Source of the DNA: Eledone cirrhosa
Taxonomy: Eukaryota
Reading direction: 5' to 3'
Assembly: GCA_964016885.1 (NCBI GenBank)
Contig: CAXHJY010001217.1
Location: 1-38,606 of the forward strand
DNA: 38,606 nt
In this document: one piece after another, positions 13,818-27,987 of the stretch
Position numbering within the stretch: the first letter of the stretch is position 1
Layout: each line of letters begins with the position of its first letter
The notes under the pieces: generated by a model
Told to the model about the DNA's origin: nothing
What the model saw: the letters and a program-made list of their open reading frames with translations, nothing else
Database searches by the model: none
Position numbers and translations under genes: made by a program

Positions 13818-15196
13818 TATAGTGCCTTTGCTCACTATAAAAGCTTCACGGCACAGGCATTGCTTTATATCTGGAGATCTCTCTGCACTTGTCGTCACAT
13901 GGTACCATGGGCCCAGCAATATGTGTCAATAATTGTCACAAGTGTAGTGTTTGTACCAGAGTTTTCAAGTCGCTGGCTGGACTAAAAAGTCACACTCGTT
14001 CAGCGCATCGGTAGGAGTTCTTCTACATGGATATAAAGTAGTGGCCGTACTCGAAAACGAGTTGGCAGCCACCATGTATGTAGGTATGTTTATGTGTATA
14101 TATGTATACCTTTGCTCACTATAAAAGCTTCACGGCACAGGCATTGCTTTATATCTGGAGATCTCTCTGCACTTGTCGTCACATGGTACCATGGGCCCAG
14201 CAATATGTGTCAATAATTGTCACAAGTGTAGTGTTTGTACCAGAGTTTTCAAGTCGCTGGCTGGACTAAAAAGTCACACTCGTTCAGCGCATCGGTAGGG
14301 GTTCTCCTACATGGATATAATGTAGTGGCCGTACTCGAAAACGAGTTGGCAGCCACTATGTATGTATGTATGTATGTATGTATGTATGTATGTATGTATG
14401 TATGTATGTATGTTTTTCAACTGGCTGGACTAAAAAGTCACACTCGTTCAGCGCATCTGTAGGGTTCTCCTACATGGATATAAAGTAGTGGCCGTACTCG
14501 AAAACGAGTTGGCAGCCACTATGTATGTATGTATGTATGTATGTATGTATGTATGTATGTATGTATGTATGTATGTATGTTTTTCAACTGGCTGGACTAA
14601 AAAGTCACACTCGTTCAGCGCATCTGTAGGGTTCTCCTACATGGATATAAAGTAGTGGCCGTACTCGAAAACGAGTTGGCAGCCACTATGTATGTATGTA
14701 TGTATGTATGTATGTATGTATGTATGTATGTATGTATGTATGTATGTATGTTTTTCAACTGGCTGGACTAAAAAGTCACACTCGTTCAGCGCATCTGTAG
14801 GGTTCTCCTACATGGATATAAAGTAGTGGCCGTACTCGAAAACGAGTTGGCAGCCACTATGTATGTATGTATGTATGTATGTATGTATGTATGTATGTAT
14901 GTATGTATGTATGTATGTATGTATGTTTTTCAACTGGCTGGACTAAAAAGTCACACTCGTTCAGCGCATCTGTAGGGTTCTCCTACATGGATATAAAGTA
15001 GTGGCCGTACTCGAAAACGAGTTGGCAGCCACTATGTATGTATGTATGTATGTATGTATGTATGTATGTATGTATGTATGTATGTATGTTTTTCAACTGG
15101 CTGGACTAAAAAGTCACACTCGTTCAGCGCATCTGTAGGGTTCTCCTACATGGATATAAAGTAGTGGCCGTACTCGAAAACGAGTTGGCAGCCACC
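13818..15196. repeat. Tandem array: two ~248-bp long units (284-bp period), then five near-identical 100-bp modules separated by (ATGT)n spacers
   Basis: Long units start at 13825 and 14109; short modules CTGGCTGGAC...GCAGCCAC(T/C) start at 14421, 14588, 14759, 14934 and 15097. Confidence 0.95.
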
Positions 15197-15386
15197 ATAT
15201 ATATATGTATATGTACATTGAAGATGAATGTGGTGTGTAGTAGCGGAGGTTACCATTAGCAACAGCTAACATGGTGCTTAAGACAGGAACTATTTCAACT
15301 AGCTCTGATCTCTCCATAGGAGTACTTAAGCTGGGTCAACTGTTTCCACGTGTCCCGCCTCATCCGGATTCTTTAACTGTTTAACT

Positions 15387-15625
15387 AATGCTGCTGCTAT
15401 AGCTAATGATGCGGATGTTGGGGCTGTTTATGCTGCTGTTGGTGCTGTTATTGTTGCTGTTGATGCTGCTGATGCTGCTGCTGATGCTGCTGCTGATGCT
15501 GCTACTATTGTTGATGCTGCTACTGATGCTGTTGCTGCCGTTGTTGCTACAGCTGCTACTGGTTTTAATGGTAATTGTGATAGTGGTGGTGGTGTTGCAG
15601 ATGGTGGTGGTGGGTTGATGTTAGT

Positions 15626-15681
<56 letters not shown>

Positions 15682-15711
15682 ATAATAATAATAATAATAA
15701 TAATAATACCG

Positions 15712-15798
<87 letters not shown>

Positions 15799-15808
15799 CA
15801 GTAGTAGC

Positions 15809-15893
<85 letters not shown>

Positions 15894-15898
15894 CTTCT

Positions 15899-15929
<31 letters not shown>

Positions 15930-15930
15930 G
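15387..15930. repeat. Compound trinucleotide field (GCT/GAT)n-(GGT)n-(ACT)n-(AAT)n-(AGT)n-(CAA)n
   Basis: Direct read. Confidence 0.95.
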
Positions 15931-16537
15931 AGGCTGAAGCACTAAGATATAAACAAGAAGTCTATGATAAAACTATAAAAAGCTTTATTTCGAGTATTTC
16001 TGGTGTGAGTGTTTATCTTGGGGTTTCGATTACCGTCTCGTAGACAGAAAGATTAAACATGGAATTCAAACGCAACCTAATAGAAATCTTCCTTGTATCT
16101 AAAATTACTTCAACATTAAGCGACTCTATAAACAAAAATAAGCTTTGAAGTCAGCTGTATTTTCTGTACTTTCTGTATTTTTCTTCTCTGAAGTACCTCG
16201 AAGACTTTATAATGATTCTACTGGGGAATGACATAAAGTTATGCGTTCGTAAAACAAAACAGCCCACTCTCACCTCACCCCTCCAGCCAGCCTAGTCCTC
16301 CATAAAAGACATGAAGAAAACTAAGTTAAACGTTTCAAATTCCTCGATATACGTAATGGATGATTTATTATCTTACCTATGTTACGATCAGACAAACCGG
16401 GTCACTTAAGAGTAAAAGATTTTTCTTCTGAAGAGCAAAGAATATATATTATAACAATTCTGAATCCATTCACCCGAAAAAAAATGTAGAATCGGCAATA
16501 TCTTGTGTTGTGCTTGCTGTCTGTTTGTAATGCTTGC

Positions 16538-17359
<822 letters not shown>

Positions 17360-17360
17360 C

Positions 17361-17728
17361 ATGGTTCCTAATTTAGGCACAATGTCAACGATATAAGGGG
17401 AGAGGAAAGTTGATTAAATCGACACCAGTGCGTTACTGGTACTTTATTTCTTTATTTCATCCACACCGGTAAGGATGAAAGTCCAAGCTAACTTCGGCAA
17501 GATTTGAACTCAGAACGTAAAGAGACGTAACTCTATGCCACTAACCATGCTGTCCAACGCTTTACCGATACTGCCAAAAATAATATTAATAATGATTTTT
17601 TTTATATAAGCACAAGGCCAGCAATTTTGGGGGATGGGAAAGTCGATTAAATCGACCCCAGTGCGTGACTGGTACTTTATTTTATCGACCCCGTAAGGAT
17701 GAAAGGCAAAGTCAACCCCGGCGGGATT
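17361..17728 (-). mobile_element. Two SINE B copies, long variant: 17361-17577 and 5'-truncated 17593-17728
   Basis: Reverse complement of the family B pattern, including the GTCGATTTAATCGAC hairpin. Confidence 0.85.
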
Positions 17729-18323
17729 AATGATAATAATAATGATAATAATAATTATGATCGTGATGGTGATGGTGATGGTGATAATGATGTGGAAGAT
17801 ATTTTATTTATATTAACCACAAGATGGAAGATGGTACAGTACGAAACGGTATGGGTTTTCTTGGGGGAGGGGGGAAACAAACCTGTAAAAAAGGGAAAAT
17901 AAGGGGGCAAACAATATAAAAACAATAAAGATAGCAGTAACAATGATTTTAACAATAACAGCAACCACAACAACAGCAACAACAACAAACAACAACACCA
18001 GCAAGCATAACTCTAACAACAGAAACAACAATATTAAGATAATAATAATAAGTTATCTAATGTTATGATTGAATGTTGATGGTGGGTTACAGATGCATCC
18101 ATCTTGACACGACAATAGTTCATTACAGACTCCGTATAGCCATTGATATTTTTTATGAAGCTGTCTCCTAACAAATATGGCTGCCGATAGAGAGCTAGCA
18201 AGCAAGGCATTGTGATGTGAACAGGTTAAAAATATCTTCAATTATATGTCTCCTATGTTTACTAACAAATCTAAAATAAACAAAAGAAAAACCGAAAACA
18301 CACACACGCACACACACATATAT

Positions 18324-18418
<95 letters not shown>

Positions 18419-18612
18419 ACCAATAAATATATAATATTATGCAAAAATATTTTGAACGTTTGCTTCTCAAAAAGTTATCAATTGTAAAGATATAATATAT
18501 TGATTTTTATTATTTATACACTCATACACACTAGCATATACACACAAGGACATACATACATATATACATACATACATATATACATACATATATACATACA
18601 CACCCCGGCGAG

Positions 18613-18760
18613 GTTCTGAGTTCAAATTCCACCGAGGTTAACTTTGCCTTTCATCCTTACGAGGTCGATAAAATAAAGTACCAGTAATGTACTGGGGCCA
18701 ATTTAATCAGCTTTCTTCTCTTCGAAAGTTCTTAAACTTGTGTCTAAATCAGGAACCAAT
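18613..18760 (+). mobile_element. SINE B, 5'-truncated, tail-to-tail with the downstream copies
   Basis: GAGTTCAAATTCC B-box and central block. Confidence 0.85.
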
Positions 18761-18772
18761 AATACTAATAAT

Positions 18773-19362
18773 AATTGTTTCTACTTTTTGGCACAAGGCC
18801 AGCAATTACCCAGTGCATTACTGGTACTTTATTTTATCGACCCCGTAAAGATGAAAGGCAAAGTTAACCTCGGCGGGATCTGAACTCAGTCCGTAAAGGG
18901 ACGTAACTATGCTGCAAAGCATGGCGTCCGACCCTCTACCGATACTGCTAATCCAAATAATAATTGTTTCTACTTTTGGCACAAGCCCAGCAATTATCCC
19001 AGTGTACTTTATTTTATCGACCCCGTAAGGATGAAAGGCAAAGTTAACCTCGGCGGGATTTGAACTCAGATCATAAAGGGCCGTAACTCTATGCTAAAAA
19101 ACATGGTGTCCGAATCTCTACCAATACTGCCAATCCACCGCCAATCCAAATAATAATGGTTTCTACTTTAGACATAAGGCCAGCAATTTGAAGGGATGAG
19201 GAGAGTCGAATAAATCGACCCCAATTCATTACTGGTACTTCATGTTACCGAACTCGTAAGGATGAAAGGCAAAGCTAATCACGGCGGGATTTGAACTCAG
19301 AACGCGAAGGGCCGTAACTCTATGCTTCGAAGCATGTTGTCTGACACTCTACCGATTCCACC
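18773..19362 (-). mobile_element. Three head-to-tail SINE B copies (18773-18955, 18963-19142, 19156-19362)
   Basis: Each runs from TGTTTCTACTT to ACC(G/A)ATACTGC or similar; junctions read AATCCAAATAATAAT. Confidence 0.9.
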
Positions 19363-19372
19363 AAAATAATAA

Positions 19373-19580
19373 TGCTACCAATAACATAGGACGATCTACC
19401 AAACCTCTATGTCTTCATAATCATTGTTATTATTAGTATTTTAGGTATTATTCTACCAAAATAATAATGTTTTCTTTATTAACCACAAGGGTTTACATAA
19501 AGTAGACATTAAGGACAGTACAATAACAATGATTATGAAGACATAGAGGTTTGGTAGATCATCCTATGTTATTGGTAGCA
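19373..19580. repeat. 59-bp inverted repeat (58/59) with 90-bp spacer
   Basis: 19373-19431 is the reverse complement of 19522-19580 with one mismatch. Confidence 0.92.
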
Positions 19581-19685
19581 CATGATAATAACATTGCCGT
19601 TTGAAATATTCGACAGGGAAGACGTAATTATGCTCAGCACGTTATGTCAAAGTTGCGTAACACATTTCATAATAACAGCGTTGCT

Positions 19686-20930
<1,245 letters not shown>

Positions 20931-21075
20931 GTATTGAGCAGCTTTCCGTTTCCAGAGTCAGGTTCGATCATTAATAGATCGTTCCTCGAGCTGATCAACA
21001 GTGAAACATATGTAATATGTAATTAAGTATATATATATATGATGCTTTTTTCCCTTATATATTAATACTATATAT

Positions 21076-21226
<151 letters not shown>

Positions 21227-21511
21227 ATAGAGAATGGATATGTGCGCCTCTCTGTATGACCATACATATATATGAAGCATATATTTACAAGAGAAGTAAA
21301 GTAGAGTATATGCCCAAGTGAACATAACCTCGAATTAGAGCTGTTATACCAAATGGGATCCACCATTATTTATGTTATGTAATCTATACTTTCTCTAGAA
21401 TCCCTTCATGACTCAGTATCTGTATAAACATCCATAACATGGAGAGAGGTATAGCACAGATGACGCCCTTGCGATTCGATCTTAGAACATAATATGAAAA
21501 ATATATAAGGT

Positions 21512-21527
21512 AACAACAACAACAGCA

Positions 21528-21587
<60 letters not shown>

Positions 21588-21684
21588 GCTGCTACGACTA
21601 CTACTACGACTACTACTACTACTACTAATACTACTGCTACTACAACTACTTTTACTACTACTAATACTACTACTACTACTACTG

Positions 21685-21726
<42 letters not shown>

Positions 21727-22500
21727 ATACTACTAATACTACTGTTGCTACTACTACTACTACTACTACTACTCTGTGGTTTCAGAGTTCTTGTCATTAT
21801 ACATACTGCCACCCACAACAAAAATAATAATAACAACAACAACAATAATAACTACAACAGCAATAGCAACTACAACAATAACTACAACAACAACAGTAAC
21901 AGCAACAACAACAGCAAGAGCAACAACAGCAAATACAAAAACAACAGCATCAACAGCAACAACAACAACAACAACAGCAGCAGCAGCAACAACAATAAAA
22001 TAAACAGCAACGAAATAGCACGACAACTACCACAACGAAGACAACAATCACAGCAACCACGACAACAGCAACAACAACAAAGATAACTACCACAGCAATA
22101 TCAACAACAGCAACATCAAAAACAGCAACAACAACAGCAACAGCAGCAGCAGCAACAACAATAAAATAAACAGCAACGAAATAGCACGACAACTACCACA
22201 ACGAAGACAACAATCACAGCAACCACGACAACAGCAACAACAACAAAGATAACTACCACAGCAACATCAACAACAGCAACATCAAAAACAGCAACAACAA
22301 CAACAACAGCAGCAGCAGCAACAACAATAAAATAAACAGCAACGAAATAGCACGACAACTACCACAACGAAGACAACAATCACAGCAACCACGACAACAA
22401 CAACAACAACAAAGATAACTACCACAGCAACATCAACAACAGCAACATCAACAACAGCAACAACAACAACAACAACAACAACAGCAACAACAACAATCGC
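21512..22500. repeat. (CTA)n and (CAA/CAG)n field containing a 166-bp tandem repeat in three copies
   Basis: ATAAAATAAACAGCAACGAAATAGCACGAC recurs every 166 bp; ORF starts at 22026, 22192 and 22358. Confidence 0.92.
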
Positions 22501-22678
22501 AACATAATAAATTTCGCTGGTGGATGAAACCAAGAAAATGAAACAAAAATGGAAGGTTATTTAAGTATAGATTTTAGACTAAAATTGTACAGATATTTCG
22601 AAAAGATAATATAATAAATATATATACCTTCTCTAAGTTCTTTTCTCTTTTTCTTTATATAGTATAGCAATATACGAT

Positions 22679-22781
<103 letters not shown>

Positions 22782-22856
22782 TAAAAGAAATGCCCGGATA
22801 GACAACGTTAGGGGGGTATGTGTGTATCTAAATTTGTGCATACACATATTATAGTA

Positions 22857-22982
<126 letters not shown>

Positions 22983-23225
22983 TATATATATATATATATA
23001 TATATAATTATAAGTGTGTGTTCCTGTAGCGTAAGTAGTATAGTGTGTATGTTTATCACTTCTGAGCATGAACTGTGAAAAAGTAGATATTTATACTTTA
23101 AAATATTATACATACTCACACAAACACAGATACATACATACATAGATACATACACACATATGTAAACACATACATACATACCTACATACACACATACATA
23201 CATATATACATACACACATACACAC

Positions 23226-23256
<31 letters not shown>

Positions 23257-23519
23257 CATACATACATACATACATACATACATACATACATACATACATA
23301 CTTACACATAGACGTACAAATACATACAGATATATTGAACATGTTGCGCCTTTAATTGAAGAGTTGTAAAGACAAATGATGCCAGTGCCATTTCAAGATG
23401 TCTCCTAAAATAGCTGTGGAATCAAAGAGGTTGATTGTAAGGAGAATCTCTCTGATAGGGGGGGGGGGGTTCAAGTGGAATATGAAGAACTAGAAAATCA
23501 ATCTATAATCATTATTACT

Positions 23520-23584
23520 CTCAATACTAAAGAATAAAACAATAGCAAATGTAATTTTAGTATTTCATATATATTTCATGTATA

Positions 23585-23646
<62 letters not shown>

Positions 23647-23776
23647 AATATATATATGTGTATTTATATATATATATATACACACACACACGCACTTGTA
23701 TATATGTATATATATTTGCGTATATATGTGTATATAAAGTACTAAAATTACATTAGTCTTACTCTTTAGTATTGAG
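23520..23776. repeat. Imperfect inverted repeat flanking a microsatellite core
   Basis: CTCAATACTAAAGA (23520) and AATGTAATTTTAGTA (23548) pair with 23763-23776 and 23740-23754. Confidence 0.8.
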
Positions 23777-23963
23777 TATAATACATATACATACGTGTGT
23801 GTAATGATGCATGAACATCTGTGTATAGATAAAATGCTTTTCGCAGATATATAATATATATTGTAAACTTTAATAATAACCTTTCTTCATGGTAATCGAA
23901 ATACTGATGTATGAAAGGAATTTAATAACACACACACACGCACATACATATATATATATATAT

Positions 23964-24142
23964 GTATTCTATTCTAAGGCGGGTTCCCGAGATCCATGGA
24001 CGAGTTCTCTCCAACGGTCTCTGTCCCTCATTATCGCTGCCATGTCCTGCGTCTCCAACAGACCAGTGTCTGTCCTTAGGGCATCAACATACGTTAACCT
24101 TGGTCTTCCTCTTCTAGTGTGTCCATGTAGAGGCTCCCAAAG
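23964..24142 (-). mobile_element. Second, shorter 3' fragment of the same RTE-clade LINE, with a (TAGAA)-like tail
   Basis: [53 protein letters not shown] is nearly identical to 13061-13220; flanked by (TA)n. Confidence 0.92.
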
Positions 24143-24164
24143 CCAAAGGGGCTTCATATATATG

Positions 24165-24273
<109 letters not shown>

Positions 24274-24441
24274 GTGTGTGTGTGTGTACATATATTTATA
24301 TATATATGTACATACATATATATATACGTATATATGTGGTTATATAAACACATGCACCTATTTATATATATATATATATATATATTAGTTCAGAGCATTA
24401 ATCATAGAATAAGTTTAAACGATGTATACCGAGACGTTGAG

Positions 24442-25656
24442 AGCTAGTACTTTGTACAGCTAGTATTGTATACAGCTAGTATCTTATACACCTAGTATTT
24501 TATACACCTAATATTTTATACAGCTAGTATCTTATACAGCTAGTATCTTATACAGCTAGTATTTTATACAGCTAGTATCTTATACAGCTAGTATTTTATA
24601 CGGCTAGTATTTTATACAGCTAGTATTTTGAACAGCTAGTATTTTATACAGCTAGTATTTTGTACAGTTAGTATTTTATACAGTTAGTATTTTATACAGC
24701 TAGTATTTTATACAGCTAGTATTTTGTACAGCTAGTATTTTGTACAGCTAGTATTTTATACGGCTAGTGTTTTATACAGCTAGTATTTTATACGGCTAGT
24801 GTTTTATACAGCTTGTATTTTATACAGCTAATATTATATACGGCTAGTATTTTGTACAGCTAGTGTTTTATACAGCTTGTATTTTATACAGCTAATATTA
24901 TATACGGCTAGTATTTTGTACAGCTAGTATTTTGTACAGCTAGTATTTTGTACAGCTAGTATTTTGAACAGCTAGTATTTTATACAGCTAGTATTTTGTA
25001 CAGTTAGTATTTTATACAGTTAGTATTTTATACAGCTAGTATTTTGTACAGCTAGTATTTTGTACAGCTAGTATTTTGTACAGCTAGTGTTTTATACAGC
25101 TTGTATTTTATACAGCTAATATTATATACAGCTAGTATTTTGTACAGCTAGTATTTTGTACAGCTAGTATTTTGTACAGCTACTATTTTATACAGCTAGT
25201 ATTTTATACTGCTTGTATTTTATACAGCTAGTATTTTGTACAGCTAGTAATTTGTACAGCTAGTATTTTATACAGCTAGTATTTTATACAGCCAGTATTT
25301 TATACAGCTAGTATTATATACGGCTAGTATTTTATACAGCTAGTATTATATACGGCTAGTATTTAGTACAGCTAGTATTTTATACAGCTAGTATTTTATA
25401 CTGCTTGTATTTTATACAGCTAGTATTTTGTACAGCTAGTATTTTATACAGCTAGTATTTTATACTGCTTGTATTTTATACAGCTAGTATTTTGTACAGC
25501 TAGTAATTTGTACAGCTACTATTTTGTACAGCTAGTATGTTGGACGGCTACTATTTTATACAGCTAGTATTTTATACAGCTTGTATTTTATACAGCTAGT
25601 ATTTTGTACAGCTAGTAATTTGTACAGCTACTATTTTGTACAGCTAGTATTTTGTA
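24442..25656. repeat. 16-bp minisatellite TAGTATTTT(A/G)TACAGC, about 76 units, with higher-order blocks
   Basis: The variant run TTTTGAACAGC...CAGTTAG...CAGTTAG recurs 336 bp (21 units) apart, at 24630 and 24966. Confidence 0.96.
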
Positions 25657-25783
25657 AATATTTACATGACTAATGTCCGAAGCCATTATACTATCTTGAA
25701 GTATGTATATTTTTTCTGTATATATCTACTAAATAACAGCTGCTTCTCAATACATATATCCTGTTATATATTGTTTCAATTTG

Positions 25784-25822
<39 letters not shown>

Positions 25823-26022
25823 AATTTTAGTACAGCATTAACGAAGCTTTAGTTTGCGGCCAAGCTAACGAATGCAAATTCGGTATGTAGTTTTAGCACT
25901 CGGATGGGTACCTCAGAGTAATAAAAATACGTTTATACAGCTGAGCAAATCAAATATAGCGATCGGCAGTCCAGCCGCATTACCACAGCAACGAAAATAC
26001 AGGACTCAGGAAAAGATTTTAG

Positions 26023-26113
<91 letters not shown>

Positions 26114-26115
<2 letters not shown>

Positions 26116-26319
26116 CGAAGGAAATGTGGTAAGGAACCAGGTGGACCATAGCGCACGAAAGTACTCAATACTTAGGGTAGTAGAGTGGGTAATAGGAACG
26201 AGTAGGACCCCGACGGCTGAGCTCAAGCCGTTTCGACGGCTAATTCTGGACTAAAAAAAAAAAAGAATTACCCGTCGAAACGGCTTGAGCTCAGCCGTCG
26301 GGGTCCTACTCGTTCCTAT
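26114..26319. mobile_element. Copy of the 10587 element carrying an internal inverted duplication (56-bp arms, 16-nt loop)
   Basis: 26192-26247 pairs with 26264-26319 at 55/56. Confidence 0.88.
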
Positions 26320-26368
26320 ATATATATATATATGTGTGTTTGTGTGTGTGTGTATGTATACAGATACA

Positions 26369-26404
<36 letters not shown>

Positions 26405-26518
26405 TATTTATACACTTACACAAACGCATTACATATCTTTCTACGTTTCTTATTTGTGTAGAAATATATCATTGTTTTGTAGTTTACGTATTAAAATGAT
26501 GATGATGATGATGATGAT

Positions 26519-26695
26519 AATTGTTTCTACTTTTGGCACAAGGCCAGCAATTACCCAATGCATTACTGGTACTTTATTTTATCAACCCCGTAAGGATGAA
26601 AGGCAAAGTTAACCTCGGCGGGATTTGAACCCAGAATGGCAAGGGCCGTAACTCTATGCGTCCGACCCTCTACCGATACTGCCAATCCACCGCCC
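26519..26695 (-). mobile_element. SINE B, short variant, with both ends and a small internal deletion
   Basis: Minus strand GGGCGGTGGATTGGCAGTATCGG...CCTTGTGCCAAAAGTAGAAAC. Confidence 0.9.
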
Positions 26696-26763
26696 TAATG
26701 ATATGAATATATATTCATGAGAGTGTATATATGTTCTATATTTTGTTTTCAACTCAGTTTCCA

Positions 26764-26820
26764 ATATTACACCATATTACACCATATTACACCATATTAC
26801 ACCATATTACCGCATGTTAC
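26764..26820. repeat. 10-bp tandem repeat ATATTACACC, about 5 copies
   Basis: Direct read. Confidence 0.88.
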
Positions 26821-27219
26821 AACGACAAACTTTCATTCCATATATCTAAATACATCTGCAGAATTGTCTGATTTACGTTTACTTAATATATGCTTGTAGT
26901 TTCCATTGTTTACTAGTTTACAAGACATAAGAATATATCTTGGAAGTTACCAATGTATATGAAAGAGAAAAAAAAACCCATAAAAAGTAAGTACATCGAA
27001 GGAGAAAGAAGCAGACATCTTAACTAAATATTTAGAAAATGTGGTAAAGAAAATTACGAAATTTTTCTAATCTTATCACCCTACGGTGATGAAATTAACA
27101 AATCAAATTGAATCAAATTCTTCTGAAGAAAATAGCAAATAGCTCTACATGCCCATTAAAAAGTATTGTTAACATAGTATAGGTGTGTATGTATATATAT
27201 TCATATATAGATAGATATT

Positions 27220-27329
<110 letters not shown>

Positions 27330-27443
27330 TAAAATGTGGTGAATATATATAGAGAGAGAGATAGATAGATAGATAGATAGAATTATATATATATATACAT
27401 TTGTTTGTATGTATATATGTGTATAAGTATGTGTGCAAGATTG

Positions 27444-27491
<48 letters not shown>

Positions 27492-27542
27492 GGATGAATA
27501 TATGTATGTATGCATATATATATGTGTGTGTGTGTATGCATT

Positions 27543-27573
<31 letters not shown>

Positions 27574-27716
27574 ACACATACACACATACAATATACCAGC
27601 ACACACTTACCTATACACATAATACGTGAATGTTAATAGTATTATACAAATGGAAGTAGAGACTGGGAAGATGGAAGGTGTGCAGATAATTATATTAGAC
27701 AGTGAACACACACACA

Positions 27717-27778
<62 letters not shown>

Positions 27779-27887
27779 CACAAACACGCTCACATACACA
27801 GACTCACACACACATATTCTGACAAAATATGCTAGTGGGAGAGATCAAGAGATGTTGCGATTGTGATAGTGTAAAAGAGAGGCTAAC

Positions 27888-27986
<99 letters not shown>

Positions 27987-27987
27987 T

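Noticed and set aside
13841-13915. Vector polylinker (AAGCTT, AGATCT, GGTACC, CCATGG and GGGCCC close together)
   Set aside because: The sites lie within a naturally duplicated unit and no other vector sequence is present.
14358-15196. CRISPR array
   Set aside because: Repeats are 100 bp, spacers are pure (ATGT)n, there are no cas genes, and the context is eukaryotic.
18053-18241. 62-aa non-repetitive ORF, and similar short ORFs at 15114, 25872 and 36205
   Set aside because: No recognisable domain and no consistent splice signals; lengths are within chance expectation.
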